Part shown: positions 29,711-39,463 of the stretch, piece after piece | Layout: each line of letters begins with the position of its first letter | Numbering within the stretch: position 1 is the stretch's first letter | Assembly: GCA_043756405.1 (NCBI GenBank) | Contig: JAYURC010000123.1 | Span: 3,836-67,835, forward strand | Length of the DNA stretch: 64,000 nucleotides | Reading direction: 5' to 3' | Source of the DNA: Polaromonas sp. | GTDB taxonomy: Bacteria > Pseudomonadota > Gammaproteobacteria > Burkholderiales > Burkholderiaceae_C | Notes under the pieces: generated by a model | What the model saw: the letters and a program-made list of their open reading frames with translations, nothing else | Told to the model about the DNA's origin: nothing | Databases searched by the model: none | Position numbers and translations under genes: made by a program

Positions 29711-31117
29711 TTAAGGGTGCGTCATCCTGGCTGGAACCACCCACGCGTCAAACTGCTCCGCTGTCAGGTAGCCCGAAGCAACTGCCGCTGAACGCAGATT
29801 GCTTCCTTCTTTATGCGCTTTTTTGGCAATAAAAGCTGCCTTGTCATAGCCAATGTGCGGGTTGAGCACGGTAACCAACATCAACGAGCTGGCCACCAGA
29901 TGCGCGATGCGTTCGCGATTTGGCTCAATGCCAACTGCGCAGTGATCATTAAAGCTGACCATGCCATCAGCCAGCAGCCTCACGCTTTGCAGAAAGTTAT
30001 GCGCGATCATCGGGCGGAAAACATTCAATTCAAAGTTGCCCGATGCGCCGCCGAAATTGATGGCCACATCGTTACCAAATACCTGCGCGCACAGCATCGT
30101 CATCGCTTCGCACTGCGTCGGGTTGACCTTGCCAGGCATGATGGACGACCCGGGCTCATTTTCAGGCAGGCTCAGCTCGCCAATGCCGCTGCGGGGACCA
30201 CTGGCCAGCCAGCGGATGTCATTGGCGATTTTCATCAGGCTTGACGCTATTGTTTTAAGAGCGCCATGCGCGCATACCAAGCCGTCTACACATGCCAAAG
30301 CTTCAAACTTATTGGGTGCAGTGATAAAAGGCAGGCCTGTCAACGCCGCCAACTCAGATGCCACCGCTACCGCATAGCCTTTCGGCGCATTAAGTCCTGT
30401 GCCGACTGCCGTGCCGCCCAATGCCAGCTCGTACAGGTGTGGCAGCGCTGCATGAATATGTTTTTGCCCATGCTCGAGTTGCGCCACGTAGCCTGAGAAC
30501 TCTTGCCCCAGCGTGAGCGGCGTAGCATCTTGCAGATGGGTACGGCCAATTTTGACGATGCTATCGAATTGTTTTGACTTGTGCGCCAGCGTTGTGCGCA
30601 ACTTTTCAATAGCTGGCAACAGCTTTTCAGTCATGCCGACAACCGCTGCAATGTGCATGGCAGAGGGGAACACATCGTTTGACGACTGGCTGCGGTTCAC
30701 GTCGTCGTTCGGGTGCACCAAGCGCCCCGCCCCACGCTTGCCACCCATCAACTCGCTGGCGCGATTGGCCAGCACTTCATTGACGTTCATGTTGGTTTGC
30801 GTGCCCGAGCCGGTTTGCCACACCACCAGCGGGAATTGGCCCGCATGCTGTCCGGCTATTACCTCGTCAGCCGCAGCCAAGATGGCGTTTGTGACCGCGT
30901 CATTTTGCAAACCCAATGCGTGATTGACGACGCTGGACGAACGCTTGATTTGCGCTAACGCCCGAATGATCTCAGGCGGCATTAACTCGCCAGAAATGTC
31001 AAAGTTTTGCAGCGAGCGCTGGGTTTGCGCGCCCCACAGCTTGTCTGCGGGCACATCAATCGGGCCGAGTGTGTCGTGCTCAACGCGTGTTCTCTTGGCG
31101 GTTTCGCGTGTCGTCAT
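29711..31117 (-). CDS. fumC: Class II fumarate hydratase
   Basis: [15 protein letters not shown] and the [15 protein letters not shown] signature are present. The start was chosen at MTTRE (31117). Confidence 0.93.
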   Translation of the reverse strand: MTTRETAKRTRVEHDTLGPIDVPADKLWGAQTQRSLQNFDISGELMPPEIIRALAQIKRSSSVVNHALGLQNDAVTNAILAAADEVIAGQHAGQFPLVVWQTGSGTQTNMNVNEVLANRASELMGGKRGAGRLVHPNDDVNRSQSSNDVFPSAMHIAAVVGMTEKLLPAIEKLRTTLAHKSKQFDSIVKIGRTHLQDATPLTLGQEFSGYVAQLEHGQKHIHAALPHLYELALGGTAVGTGLNAPKGYAVAVASELAALTGLPFITAPNKFEALACVDGLVCAHGALKTIASSLMKIANDIRWLASGPRSGIGELSLPENEPGSSIMPGKVNPTQCEAMTMLCAQVFGNDVAINFGGASGNFELNVFRPMIAHNFLQSVRLLADGMVSFNDHCAVGIEPNRERIAHLVASSLMLVTVLNPHIGYDKAAFIAKKAHKEGSNLRSAAVASGYLTAEQFDAWVVPARMTHP

Positions 31118-31177
31118 GGTTTTTTGACCTGTCAAAATGGAAGGCATCAACACCACTTATCCCACGAATCACTACCC

Positions 31178-32740
31178 ATGACCATCATCAAACAAGCCGA
31201 CCTGATTGAGTCCATCGCCGCTGCGCTGCAGTACATCAGCTACTACCACCCGGCCGACTACATTGCCCACCTGGCACGCGCCTACGAGGCCGAGCAAAGC
31301 CCGGCTGCCAAAGATGCCATCGCGCAAATTTTGACCAACAGCAAGATGAGTGCAACCGGCCAGCGCCCGATTTGCCAGGACACGGGCATCGTCAATGTGT
31401 TTTTAAAAATTGGCATGGGTGTGCGCTGGGAAGGCTTTACAGGGTCGGTTGATGACGCCGTCAACGAAGGCGTGCGCCGTGGCTATAACCACGAGGGCAA
31501 CACGCTGCGCGCGTCCGTCGTGGCCGACCCGCAATTCGACCGAAAAAACACCAAAGACAACACACCCGCCGTGATCTTTACCGAACTCGTCACAGGCAAC
31601 ACGATTGAAGTAACCGTGGCAGCCAAGGGCGGTGGCAGTGAAAACAAAAGCAAGCTGGCCATGCTGAACCCCGGCGACAGCATTGTTGACTGGGTATTGA
31701 AGACCGTGCCCACCATGGGCGCAGGGTGGTGCCCGCCGGGCATGCTGGGCATCGGCATTGGCGGCACGGCTGAAAAAGCCATGTTGCTGGCCAAGGAAAG
31801 CCTGATGCAAGACCTGGACATGTACGAATTACAGGCCAAGGCCAAAAACGTGACGAAAGGGGGTGCAGCATTAACAAAGGTTGAAGCCCTGCGCATTGAG
31901 CTGTATGAAAAAGTTAACGCGCTGGGCATAGGCGCGCAAGGCCTGGGCGGCCTGACAACGGTGCTGGACGTCAAGATCAATATGTATCCTACCCATGCCG
32001 CCGGCAAACCGGTGGCAATGATCCCCAACTGCGCCGCCACGCGCCATGCCCACTTTGTGATGGATGGCAGCGGCCCGGTGTACCTGACGCCGCCTGCACT
32101 GAGCACTTGGCCAGACGTGAACTGGACACCCGATTACGTCAAAAGCAAAGCCGTGAACCTGAACACGCTGAGCAAAGCCGAGGTAGCCAGCTGGAAGCCC
32201 GGCGACACGCTGCTGCTGAGCGGCAAAATGCTGACGGGTCGCGACGCCGCCCACAAACGCATTCAAACCATGCTGGCCGCAGGCGAGGCGCTGCCGGTTG
32301 ACTTCACCAACCGCGTGATTTACTACGTAGGCCCAGTTGACCCGGTCAAAGATGAAGCCGTCGGCCCGGCCGGCCCCACTACAGCCACGCGCATGGACGG
32401 CTTTACCGAAATGATGCTGGCTCAAACCGGCCTGATCAGCATGATCGGCAAAGCCGAGCGCGGACCAGAGGGCATTGCTGCCATCAAAAAACACCAAAGC
32501 GCCTACCTGATGGCCGTCGGCGGCGCGGCGTATCTGGTGTCCAAAGCCATCAAACATGCCACAGTCGTAGGCTTTGCCGACCTGGGCATGGAGGCGATTT
32601 ATGAGTTTGATGTGGTCGATATGCCGGTGACAGTAGCGGTTGATTCAGGCGGCACAAGCGCGCACATTACCGGGCCAGCTGAATGGCAAAAGCGGATAGC
32701 GACTGGAGAATTTAAAGGGATTGCGGTAGCTGCAGGTTAG
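31178..32740 (+). CDS. fumA: Class I (Fe-S) fumarate hydratase
   Basis: The start was chosen at MTIIKQADL (31178). The protein is ~520 aa and carries class I fumarase / tartrate dehydratase alpha and beta regions (ICQDTGIVNVF, GGGSENKS, …GPAGPTTATRMD…). Confidence 0.88.
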   Translation: MTIIKQADLIESIAAALQYISYYHPADYIAHLARAYEAEQSPAAKDAIAQILTNSKMSATGQRPICQDTGIVNVFLKIGMGVRWEGFTGSVDDAVNEGVRRGYNHEGNTLRASVVADPQFDRKNTKDNTPAVIFTELVTGNTIEVTVAAKGGGSENKSKLAMLNPGDSIVDWVLKTVPTMGAGWCPPGMLGIGIGGTAEKAMLLAKESLMQDLDMYELQAKAKNVTKGGAALTKVEALRIELYEKVNALGIGAQGLGGLTTVLDVKINMYPTHAAGKPVAMIPNCAATRHAHFVMDGSGPVYLTPPALSTWPDVNWTPDYVKSKAVNLNTLSKAEVASWKPGDTLLLSGKMLTGRDAAHKRIQTMLAAGEALPVDFTNRVIYYVGPVDPVKDEAVGPAGPTTATRMDGFTEMMLAQTGLISMIGKAERGPEGIAAIKKHQSAYLMAVGGAAYLVSKAIKHATVVGFADLGMEAIYEFDVVDMPVTVAVDSGGTSAHITGPAEWQKRIATGEFKGIAVAAG

Positions 32741-32824
32741 CTTGATATTGACTGTGTCTGGTTTTGCACCATTCACGCGTTAAATCACGTATCAATGGTG
32801 TAAAACTAATAAAATTAATGGCTT

Positions 32825-33726
32825 ATGGTTTATGAAAAATCTGATTTCACGCCATTTTCAAGCGACGCCCAGCGCATCAGCACAAATTTTGAGCAAATTT
32901 ACAAAGCGTGGCTAGATGCGCGCAGGCAATTTGACGAACTGCTCGTATCAAAGTACTGGGTCGCCAAAGACAGTACCGACTACCTGTACGTTAAATCGTC
33001 ATCGATTGACAACGGCGCAAGTGTTGGGCCCCGAGGTCCGAATACGGAAAAGCAGTTGTCCGAATTTACGCAAACAAAAAAAGAACTCAAGATGCGCATC
33101 CAGTCATTTGATGCAGTGATTCAGAAACGCGCGGGCTTGTACCGCCGCCTGCGCTTGCCGTCACTGCCTGACAAATTTGACTTGGCATGGTGCCGGGGCA
33201 GCAATGTATCGCTTGCAACGCTGTTGGGCAACCAGCCCGCTAATGCAAAACTCTCTTTGGCGTGCTCAAAAGCATCGACAGCTCTTACCGTATTTCGCCG
33301 CGCAAGCCTTGCCAGGCTGTCAGCAGTGACGGCTACGAGGTTGAGTTGCTAGCCGCACCCAGCACGCACCCGTTGCCTAAAAACGAAGCCTTTGACCCCA
33401 TGGCATCCTTGATAGTGCAAGAGTGGCTGTTAAAAGGCACTGCAGTCAGTGTTGTCGCAACCCTTAAAGGTTGTGCTGCGCCGTTGGTTGTGCCCGACCC
33501 GCGCTGGATGGCGTTGCACAAACTTTGGCTGGCTGACAAACCGGAACGACGCGCAGACAAAATGGGCAAAGACCGCCGTCAGGCAAACGTGCTGTTGGAC
33601 GCCACTCGGTATTTTTTAGAAAATTCATACCCATTAAATATTGATTTTTTGATGGCATTGCCTGAACAGTTACGCAGTCACTTTGGCCAGTGGTGCACGT
33701 CCAGCGGTTTCATACCTGCACAATGA
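32825..33726 (+). pseudogene. Degraded nucleotidyltransferase-fold (GSU2403-like) gene split over overlapping frames
   Basis: Two ORFs (32825-33352 and 33262-33726) overlap by ~90 bp in different frames. Read together they resemble one ~300-aa conserved hypothetical family. The C-terminal ~55 aa of ORF1 are low-complexity and look out of frame. The flank is AT-rich. Confidence 0.45.
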
Positions 33727-34538
33727 AAGCCCCCATCGGTATCTTTGACTCCGGTATAGGTGGCCTGAGCGTTTTAAGAGCGTTACGCGCCGAACTGCCC
33801 AACGAGCACTTCATCTACGTCGCAGACAGCGGCCATGCGCCTTATGGCGAGCGGGACAATGCTCATGTTGTTGCGCGGTCGATGGCTATTGCAGCGTATC
33901 TGGTGGCGCAAAACATCAAGGCACTGGTCGTGGCGTGCAATACAGCTACCGCAGCGGCAATTGACCTGCTCCGCGCAGCCCACCCTGGCCTGCCAATCAT
34001 TGGTGTGGAGCCCGCTTTAAAACCCGCCGTGATCCTCAGCCAGACCCAACACATTGCCGTGATGGCCACGCGCAGCACGCTGGCTAGTGCACGCTTTTCG
34101 GCGCTGCTAGCAGCGCAGGACAGCCGGGCACGCTTTACATTGCTGCCATGTGACGGGCTGGCAGAAGCTGTTGAGCAATTCACACAAAATACCGACGCTA
34201 CTAAATTAATAGCTGCTTGCGCAAGAGTAATAAACGCAAAAGCCACTTTTGATGCCTTAAATGAGCCAAAAAACCCTGTTGATGTCATCGTTTTGGGCTG
34301 CACACACTACCTATTTGCTGCAATACACATAGCAGCGCAAGTCGACAAAAGGGTACGTCTCATCGACACCAGCAATGCTGTGGCACGCCAGACCAGACAG
34401 CGCTTAGGCCGTCAACTGTCCATGCAGCATGAAGTGGTGCCCACCGGATTCATCACCACTGGCGACCCTGCGGCCTTACGCAGCGCTGTAAGCGCCTGGC
34501 TGGGACTGAATTCAGACGTTGAACGGGTATTTATTTAG
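33723..34538 (+). CDS. murI: Glutamate racemase
   Basis: IGIFDSGIGGLSV, VVACNTAT and VLGCTHY motifs are present. The start was chosen at MKAPIG. Confidence 0.9.
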   Translation: MKAPIGIFDSGIGGLSVLRALRAELPNEHFIYVADSGHAPYGERDNAHVVARSMAIAAYLVAQNIKALVVACNTATAAAIDLLRAAHPGLPIIGVEPALKPAVILSQTQHIAVMATRSTLASARFSALLAAQDSRARFTLLPCDGLAEAVEQFTQNTDATKLIAACARVINAKATFDALNEPKNPVDVIVLGCTHYLFAAIHIAAQVDKRVRLIDTSNAVARQTRQRLGRQLSMQHEVVPTGFITTGDPAALRSAVSAWLGLNSDVERVFI

Positions 34539-34591
34539 TCGCTGTTTGCGCTTTTTTGTGTGCAAGGTTCACGGCAATGATGGAATTAACG

Positions 34592-34607
34592 GCCACTTGC
34601 AAGTGGC
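34592..34607. promoter_or_regulatory. Perfect 16-bp palindrome upstream of the molybdoenzyme operon
   Basis: GCCACTTG|CAAGTGGC lies 143 bp upstream of the ATG at 34750, within a 210-bp non-coding gap. Confidence 0.3.
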
Positions 34608-34749
34608 TGCACTGGATTCGCCATTGATGTGACCCGCACCTGATTCGGGCAGTTAACTGACGAGGCCTGCGTTGACAAACCTACGCCGTGCTTTTTCGGA
34701 CGATGTGAAGATAAATTGAAAGTTACCTCACATTTGAAAAAGGATCCCC

Positions 34750-35439
34750 ATGATCAGGCTCGTCAATGATTCGACCCTTTCAGCCGAGCCGTCCACGGGC
34801 CTTTCGCGCCGCGCCATGGTGCAGGTCAGTACCGCCATAGCAGCTGTTCCGCTCGTGGGTTGTGCAACAGAACCACCGACCAATATGGCGGGTTCGGTCG
34901 CCACGTCAAGGGAACCGAATCCGGTGATGATGCGCATGAACCTGCAAGTTAATGGCCAAACGTATCCGCTGACCATTGACGGCCGTACCAGTTTGCTGGA
35001 CGCGCTGCGCGAACACATGAATTTAAAAGGTTCTAAAAAAGGGTGTGATCATGGCCAGTGCGGTGCCTGTACCGTACTAATTGACGGCAGGCGAATCAAC
35101 TCTTGCCTGAGCCTTGCCGTGATGCATGAGGGCCAGGCCATCACTACCATTGAGGGCTTGTCCAGCGGCGACACTTTGCACCCGATGCAGGCTGCATTCA
35201 TCAAGCACGACGGATTTCAGTGCGGTTACTGCACGCCGGGGCAAATCTGTTCGTCAGTGGGTATGCTGGCAGAGGCCAAAGCAGGCATGCCAAGCCATGT
35301 TACTCAAGACCTGGCCAGCGCCGCTGGTGCGCTGAACGATGAAGAAATACGCGAACGCATGAGTGGCAATATTTGTCGCTGCAGCGCCTACCCCAATATC
35401 GTGGCGGCTATTCGCGATGTAGCAGGAGCGGTTGCATGA
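34750..35439 (+). CDS. Aldehyde oxidoreductase-type [2Fe-2S] subunit with Tat signal (PaoA-like)
   Basis: 229 aa with a twin-arginine motif (LSRRAMV) and two 2Fe-2S cysteine clusters ([11 protein letters not shown]; CGYCTPGQ…CRCSAY). Confidence 0.85.
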   Translation: MIRLVNDSTLSAEPSTGLSRRAMVQVSTAIAAVPLVGCATEPPTNMAGSVATSREPNPVMMRMNLQVNGQTYPLTIDGRTSLLDALREHMNLKGSKKGCDHGQCGACTVLIDGRRINSCLSLAVMHEGQAITTIEGLSSGDTLHPMQAAFIKHDGFQCGYCTPGQICSSVGMLAEAKAGMPSHVTQDLASAAGALNDEEIRERMSGNICRCSAYPNIVAAIRDVAGAVA

Positions 35440-36410
35440 AGTCCTTTACTTACGAACGCGCCACGTCGCCTGCAGGGGCTGCTGCAGCGGCTGCAGCCAA
35501 ACCCGACGCAAAATTTATTGCTGGCGGCACCAATTTGCTGGACTTGATGAAGCTGCAAATCGAAACGCCGCTGCATTTAGTTGACATCACCCGCTTGGGA
35601 CTGGACAAAACCGAGCTGACTGCAGACGGTGGGGTACGCATTGGTGCCATGGTGAGCAATTCTGACCTGGCCGCAGACCCGCGTATCCGCAAAGACTACG
35701 CGGTGTTAAGCCGCGCTTTGCTCAGCGGTGCATCAGGCCAGCTGCGCAACAAGGCCACAACGGGCGGCAACCTGTTGCAGCGCACCCGCTGCTATTATTT
35801 TTATGACACCGCACAAGCTTGCAACAAGCGTACGCCAGGCACGGGCTGCTCGGCGCTGCAGGGTTACAACCGCCTGCACGCCGTGCTGGGCACCAGCGAT
35901 CAATGCATTGCGACGCACCCGTCAGACATGGCCGTTGCCATGCGCGTGCTTGATGCGCAGGTTGAAACGGTGCTACCCAGCGGCGCAAAACGCGTCATAC
36001 CGATTGCCGATTTCCACCGCCTGCCCGGTAACACGCCGCACATTGAAACCAATCTGCAGGCCGGTGAAATGATCACCGCTGTCACGCTACCGCCGCCGCT
36101 GCCTGGCAAACACATTTACCGCAAGGTTCGCGACCGGGCATCGTACGCATTTGCTACAGTTTCAGTAGCCGCCATCATCGACTCTTCGGGCGGTATTGTT
36201 CGGTCTGCCAAATTGGCTTTTGGCGGGCTGGCACACCAACCGTGGCGTGTGCTGGGCGCTGAAACATTGTTGGCAGCTGTGGGCGTCAACCCGGCAACCG
36301 CTGATGCTGCAGCCGACCAGGTGCTGCAAGGTGCGCGTGGTTTTGGCCACAACGATTTCAAAATTCCGTTGGTGCGCAGTACCTTGCGGGCAGTGCTGGC
36401 TGAAGCCTAA
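35436..36410 (+). CDS. FAD-binding subunit of xanthine dehydrogenase-family molybdoenzyme (PaoB-like)
   Basis: ATGA overlap with the upstream gene. It has the FAD-binding CO-dehydrogenase-flavoprotein pattern ([13 protein letters not shown]…ATTGGNL). Confidence 0.85.
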   Translation: MKSFTYERATSPAGAAAAAAAKPDAKFIAGGTNLLDLMKLQIETPLHLVDITRLGLDKTELTADGGVRIGAMVSNSDLAADPRIRKDYAVLSRALLSGASGQLRNKATTGGNLLQRTRCYYFYDTAQACNKRTPGTGCSALQGYNRLHAVLGTSDQCIATHPSDMAVAMRVLDAQVETVLPSGAKRVIPIADFHRLPGNTPHIETNLQAGEMITAVTLPPPLPGKHIYRKVRDRASYAFATVSVAAIIDSSGGIVRSAKLAFGGLAHQPWRVLGAETLLAAVGVNPATADAAADQVLQGARGFGHNDFKIPLVRSTLRAVLAEA

Positions 36411-36434
36411 AAACACCCATTTCTGGAGCCACAC

Positions 36435-38687
36435 ATGCAGATGAACACACCCGCCCCTCGCAACGCGCTGGATGACAACCGCCAGGGTTTGATGGGCAAG
36501 CCTCTGGACCGCGTGGAAGGGCGTCTGAAAGTGATGGGCCAAGCGCCCTACGCGCATGAAATTATTGAAGGCGAAGGAGGTCTAGCCGCAGCCCACGGCT
36601 ACCTGGTGCAGGCCACCATTTCTAAAGGGCGAATCAGCGCTATCAATACCAGTGCAGCTGAACGTGCACCCGGCGTGTTGCTGGTACTGACGCACCTGAA
36701 TGCACCCAAACAAGCACCCTGGGGGCCGATTGAGTTGCCTGACCGCTATGCGCGCGCTATTCCGCAGCTGGGCTCTGCCGCTGTTGACTATTACGGCCAG
36801 CCGATTGCTTTTGTTGTGGCCACCACGTTCGAGCAGGCCCGATCAGCGTCAAAACTGGTTTCAGTGACTTACGCCAAAGCGGCCGGTGAGCACGAGATGA
36901 AAAGCCATTTGGCGCGCGGTGAGTTGCAAGAAAAAATCTTTGGAGAACCCGCGGTTAACGGCTCCAAAGAAGAGTTTGACAAAGCGTTCGCAAATTCAGC
37001 GGTCACGGTGAACGCGCACTTCACCACAGCAGCCCATGCGGCCGCACCCATGGAGCCACCGGCAACCCTGGCCTATTGGCAGGGCAACAAATTAACGGTG
37101 CATTGCTCGGCTCAGCTCATCAACAGCGCACAAAAGGGCGTGGCGTCAACCCTTGGTTTGCCCCTGGCTGATGTGCGATTGGTCAGCCGTTACATTGGTG
37201 GCGGTTTTGGCAGCAAACTGCCCATTTACGGCGATGTGATCTTGACAGCGCTTGCTGCCCTAGCGTTAAAAAGGCCCGTTAAAACCGCCCTCACCCGCCA
37301 GCAGATGTTTCACATCACGTCGCACCGCAGCGACACCGTTCAGCACCTGCGTCTGGGCTCGTCAACTGACGGCAAACTCAATGCTGTGAGCCATGAAGCA
37401 TGGTCAAACACCGCCCGGTATGACGACTTTCTGGAACCATCCGCCGTGCAAACGCGCACGCTGTACGCGGCGCCCGCACGCTACACGCCGCATTACCTTG
37501 TCAAACTTGATTTGCCGGTGTCGGACTCCACCCGCGCCCCCGGCGAAGCGGTCGGCATGATAGCGCTTGAAGTGGCCATGGACGAGCTGGCTGAAAAACT
37601 CAAGCTTGACCCGATTGAGCTGCGCCTGCGCAACGAGCCCACCCAAGAGCAGGACAAGAAAATCCCGTTTTCAAGCCGTAACCTGGTGGCCTGCATGAAA
37701 GAAGGCGCTAGCCGCTTTGGCTGGAGCCAAAGACGCGCCGTGCCAGCGCAGCAGCGTGAAGGCCGCTGGCTTATTGGCATGGGCATGGCCGCTGCCATTC
37801 GCTCCAACCTCATCATGCCGTCCAAATGTGATGTGGCGCTAAACCGCGAAGGTATCTTGACCGTAAAAATGGCCATGACAGATATTGGTACCGGCAGCTA
37901 CACCGTGCTAACGCAGATCGCCGCTGAAATGATGGGGTTGCCGATTGAGCGTGTGCGCATGGCGCTGGGCGATAGCGACTTTCCTGCTACACCGGGTTCA
38001 GGCGGCTCGTGGGGTGCGGCCAGCTCAGGCTCGGGCCTGTTTGATGCGTGTACCAACCTGCGAGCCAAGCTGGCTGAAAAGATGGGGATCAATGTTGCCG
38101 ATGCCACGTTTGCAAATGGCAGCCTGTCAGGCGCAGGCAAAGCTGAAACACTGGGCACGATGGCTGGCACGCTTGGCATGCAGGCCAGTGGCGAGATCAA
38201 ACCAGGTGCCATGGCCAAAGAGTTTGCACAACATGCCTACGGCGCACACTTTGCCGAAACTGCTGTCAATATCGACACGGGCGAGATCCGCGTGCGCCGA
38301 CTGTTGGGCGTGTTTGCGGCTGGGCGAATTTTGAATGAAAAGACCGCAAAAAGCCAGATCAGTGGTGCCATGATCTGGGCCGTTGGTACCGCCCTGCATG
38401 AGGATGCCGTCATCGACCCACGCGACGGACACTTTGTTAACCACGACTTGGCCGAGTACCACGTGCCATCGCATGCCGACATTCCAAAAATTGACGTGTT
38501 TTTTTTGAACGAAGTGGACGACAAAACCAACCCACTCAAAATCAAAGGCGTGGGAGAGTTGGGCATTTGCGGCGCAGGTGCTGCCGTGGCCAACGCGGTC
38601 TACAACGCCACCGGGGTGCGGGTGCGTGATTTTCCGATCACCCTGGACAAGGTACGTGCGGGGCTTGAGGCCAATCGAATGGTTTGA
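36435..38687 (+). CDS. Molybdopterin-binding large subunit (PaoC-like)
   Basis: 750-aa aldehyde oxidase / xanthine dehydrogenase a/b-hammerhead plus Mo-binding domains (…GGGFGSK…, …GVGELG…). Confidence 0.85.
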   Translation: MQMNTPAPRNALDDNRQGLMGKPLDRVEGRLKVMGQAPYAHEIIEGEGGLAAAHGYLVQATISKGRISAINTSAAERAPGVLLVLTHLNAPKQAPWGPIELPDRYARAIPQLGSAAVDYYGQPIAFVVATTFEQARSASKLVSVTYAKAAGEHEMKSHLARGELQEKIFGEPAVNGSKEEFDKAFANSAVTVNAHFTTAAHAAAPMEPPATLAYWQGNKLTVHCSAQLINSAQKGVASTLGLPLADVRLVSRYIGGGFGSKLPIYGDVILTALAALALKRPVKTALTRQQMFHITSHRSDTVQHLRLGSSTDGKLNAVSHEAWSNTARYDDFLEPSAVQTRTLYAAPARYTPHYLVKLDLPVSDSTRAPGEAVGMIALEVAMDELAEKLKLDPIELRLRNEPTQEQDKKIPFSSRNLVACMKEGASRFGWSQRRAVPAQQREGRWLIGMGMAAAIRSNLIMPSKCDVALNREGILTVKMAMTDIGTGSYTVLTQIAAEMMGLPIERVRMALGDSDFPATPGSGGSWGAASSGSGLFDACTNLRAKLAEKMGINVADATFANGSLSGAGKAETLGTMAGTLGMQASGEIKPGAMAKEFAQHAYGAHFAETAVNIDTGEIRVRRLLGVFAAGRILNEKTAKSQISGAMIWAVGTALHEDAVIDPRDGHFVNHDLAEYHVPSHADIPKIDVFFLNEVDDKTNPLKIKGVGELGICGAGAAVANAVYNATGVRVRDFPITLDKVRAGLEANRMV

Positions 38688-38700
38688 TAAATTGCAGTAA

Positions 38701-38750
38701 TTGCTATTAATTTAGGAGCTTTTTACGCACGTATTTGTTGCGCTACAGGC
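38701..38750. repeat. Dispersed ~50-bp repeat, copy A
   Basis: TTGCTATTAATTTAGGAGCTTTTTACGCACGTATTTGTTGCGCTACAGGC. By hand, 40 of 50 positions are identical without gaps to 51963-52012. Confidence 0.7.
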
Positions 38751-38780
38751 ATAAAACGTATTAAAAACTTATCGAAATCG

Positions 38781-38808
38781 GCCCATTTCAGCCCATTTCA
38801 GCCCATTC
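38781..38808. repeat. Short tandem decamer repeat
   Basis: GCCCATTTCA GCCCATTTCA GCCCATTC (about 2.8 units) in the paoC-orn intergenic region. Confidence 0.8.
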
Positions 38809-38864
38809 AATCTATTTAAAACAGTTTGACCTTGTTGGCGGCTAAGCCAAAGCGGACAACGGAT

Positions 38865-39428
38865 TTACTTCAAAAAATGCGTCCGGTAATGCTCCAGTTC
38901 GTCAATCGACTCATGCACATCGGCCAGTGCGGTGTGCTTTTGTTGCTTTTTAAACGCGTTGTAGACCTCTGGCCGCCAGCGTTTGGCCAGCTCCTTGAAG
39001 GTGCTGACGTCGATGTTGCGGTAGTGCAGGTACGCTTCTAGCTTGGGCATGTACTTGACCAAAAAGCGCCGGTCCTGGCTGATGGTGTTGCCGCACAGCG
39101 GGGACACGCTTTTGGGCACGTATTGGGCAATAAAGGCCAGGATTTGCGCTTCTGCATCCGCCTCAGTCAGGGTTGAGGCTTTGACCTTGTCAATCAGCCC
39201 GCTTTTGCCGTGCGTGCCCTTGTTCCACTTGTCCATCTGGTCTAAAACTTCGTCAGGCTGATGAATGACCAGCACCGGGCCTTCAATACGCGGCACGAGC
39301 TGGGGGCCAGTAACAATGATGGCGATTTCAATCAGGCGCTCTTTTTCAGGGTCAAGCCCGGTCATTTCGCAGTCCAGCCAGACCAGGTTTTGGTCAGATT
39401 TTTTGAGTTGGGTATCGGGTTCAGTCAT
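38865..39428 (-). CDS. orn: Oligoribonuclease
   Basis: DEDDh exonuclease motifs are present ([11 protein letters not shown]…, …[11 protein letters not shown]). Confidence 0.93.
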   Translation of the reverse strand: MTEPDTQLKKSDQNLVWLDCEMTGLDPEKERLIEIAIIVTGPQLVPRIEGPVLVIHQPDEVLDQMDKWNKGTHGKSGLIDKVKASTLTEADAEAQILAFIAQYVPKSVSPLCGNTISQDRRFLVKYMPKLEAYLHYRNIDVSTFKELAKRWRPEVYNAFKKQQKHTALADVHESIDELEHYRTHFLK

Positions 39429-39463
39429 GTTGTGATTCTCGCTGATGGCCTAAACTTCCCCGT

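Noticed and set aside
28542-29744. 400-aa ORF on the minus strand
   Set aside because: It lies entirely antisense to mrpE, mrpF and mrpG, which have clear family motifs and translational coupling. Its translation is low-complexity (G/S/A/R-rich) with no recognisable domain. This is a typical shadow ORF of GC-rich coding DNA.
31483-32557. 207-aa and 228-aa minus-strand ORFs
   Set aside because: They are antisense to the class I fumarase gene. Their composition is Arg/Ala/Gly-rich with no domain signature.
34539-34749. Moco or other riboswitch upstream of the PaoABC-like operon
   Set aside because: I could not find the conserved Moco-motif core or any other riboswitch signature I recognise. 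Only the 16-bp palindrome stands out. A covariance-model scan would settle this.
38781-38808. Possible CRISPR array
   Set aside because: It has only ~2.8 directly abutting 10-bp units with no spacers, and no cas genes anywhere in the window.
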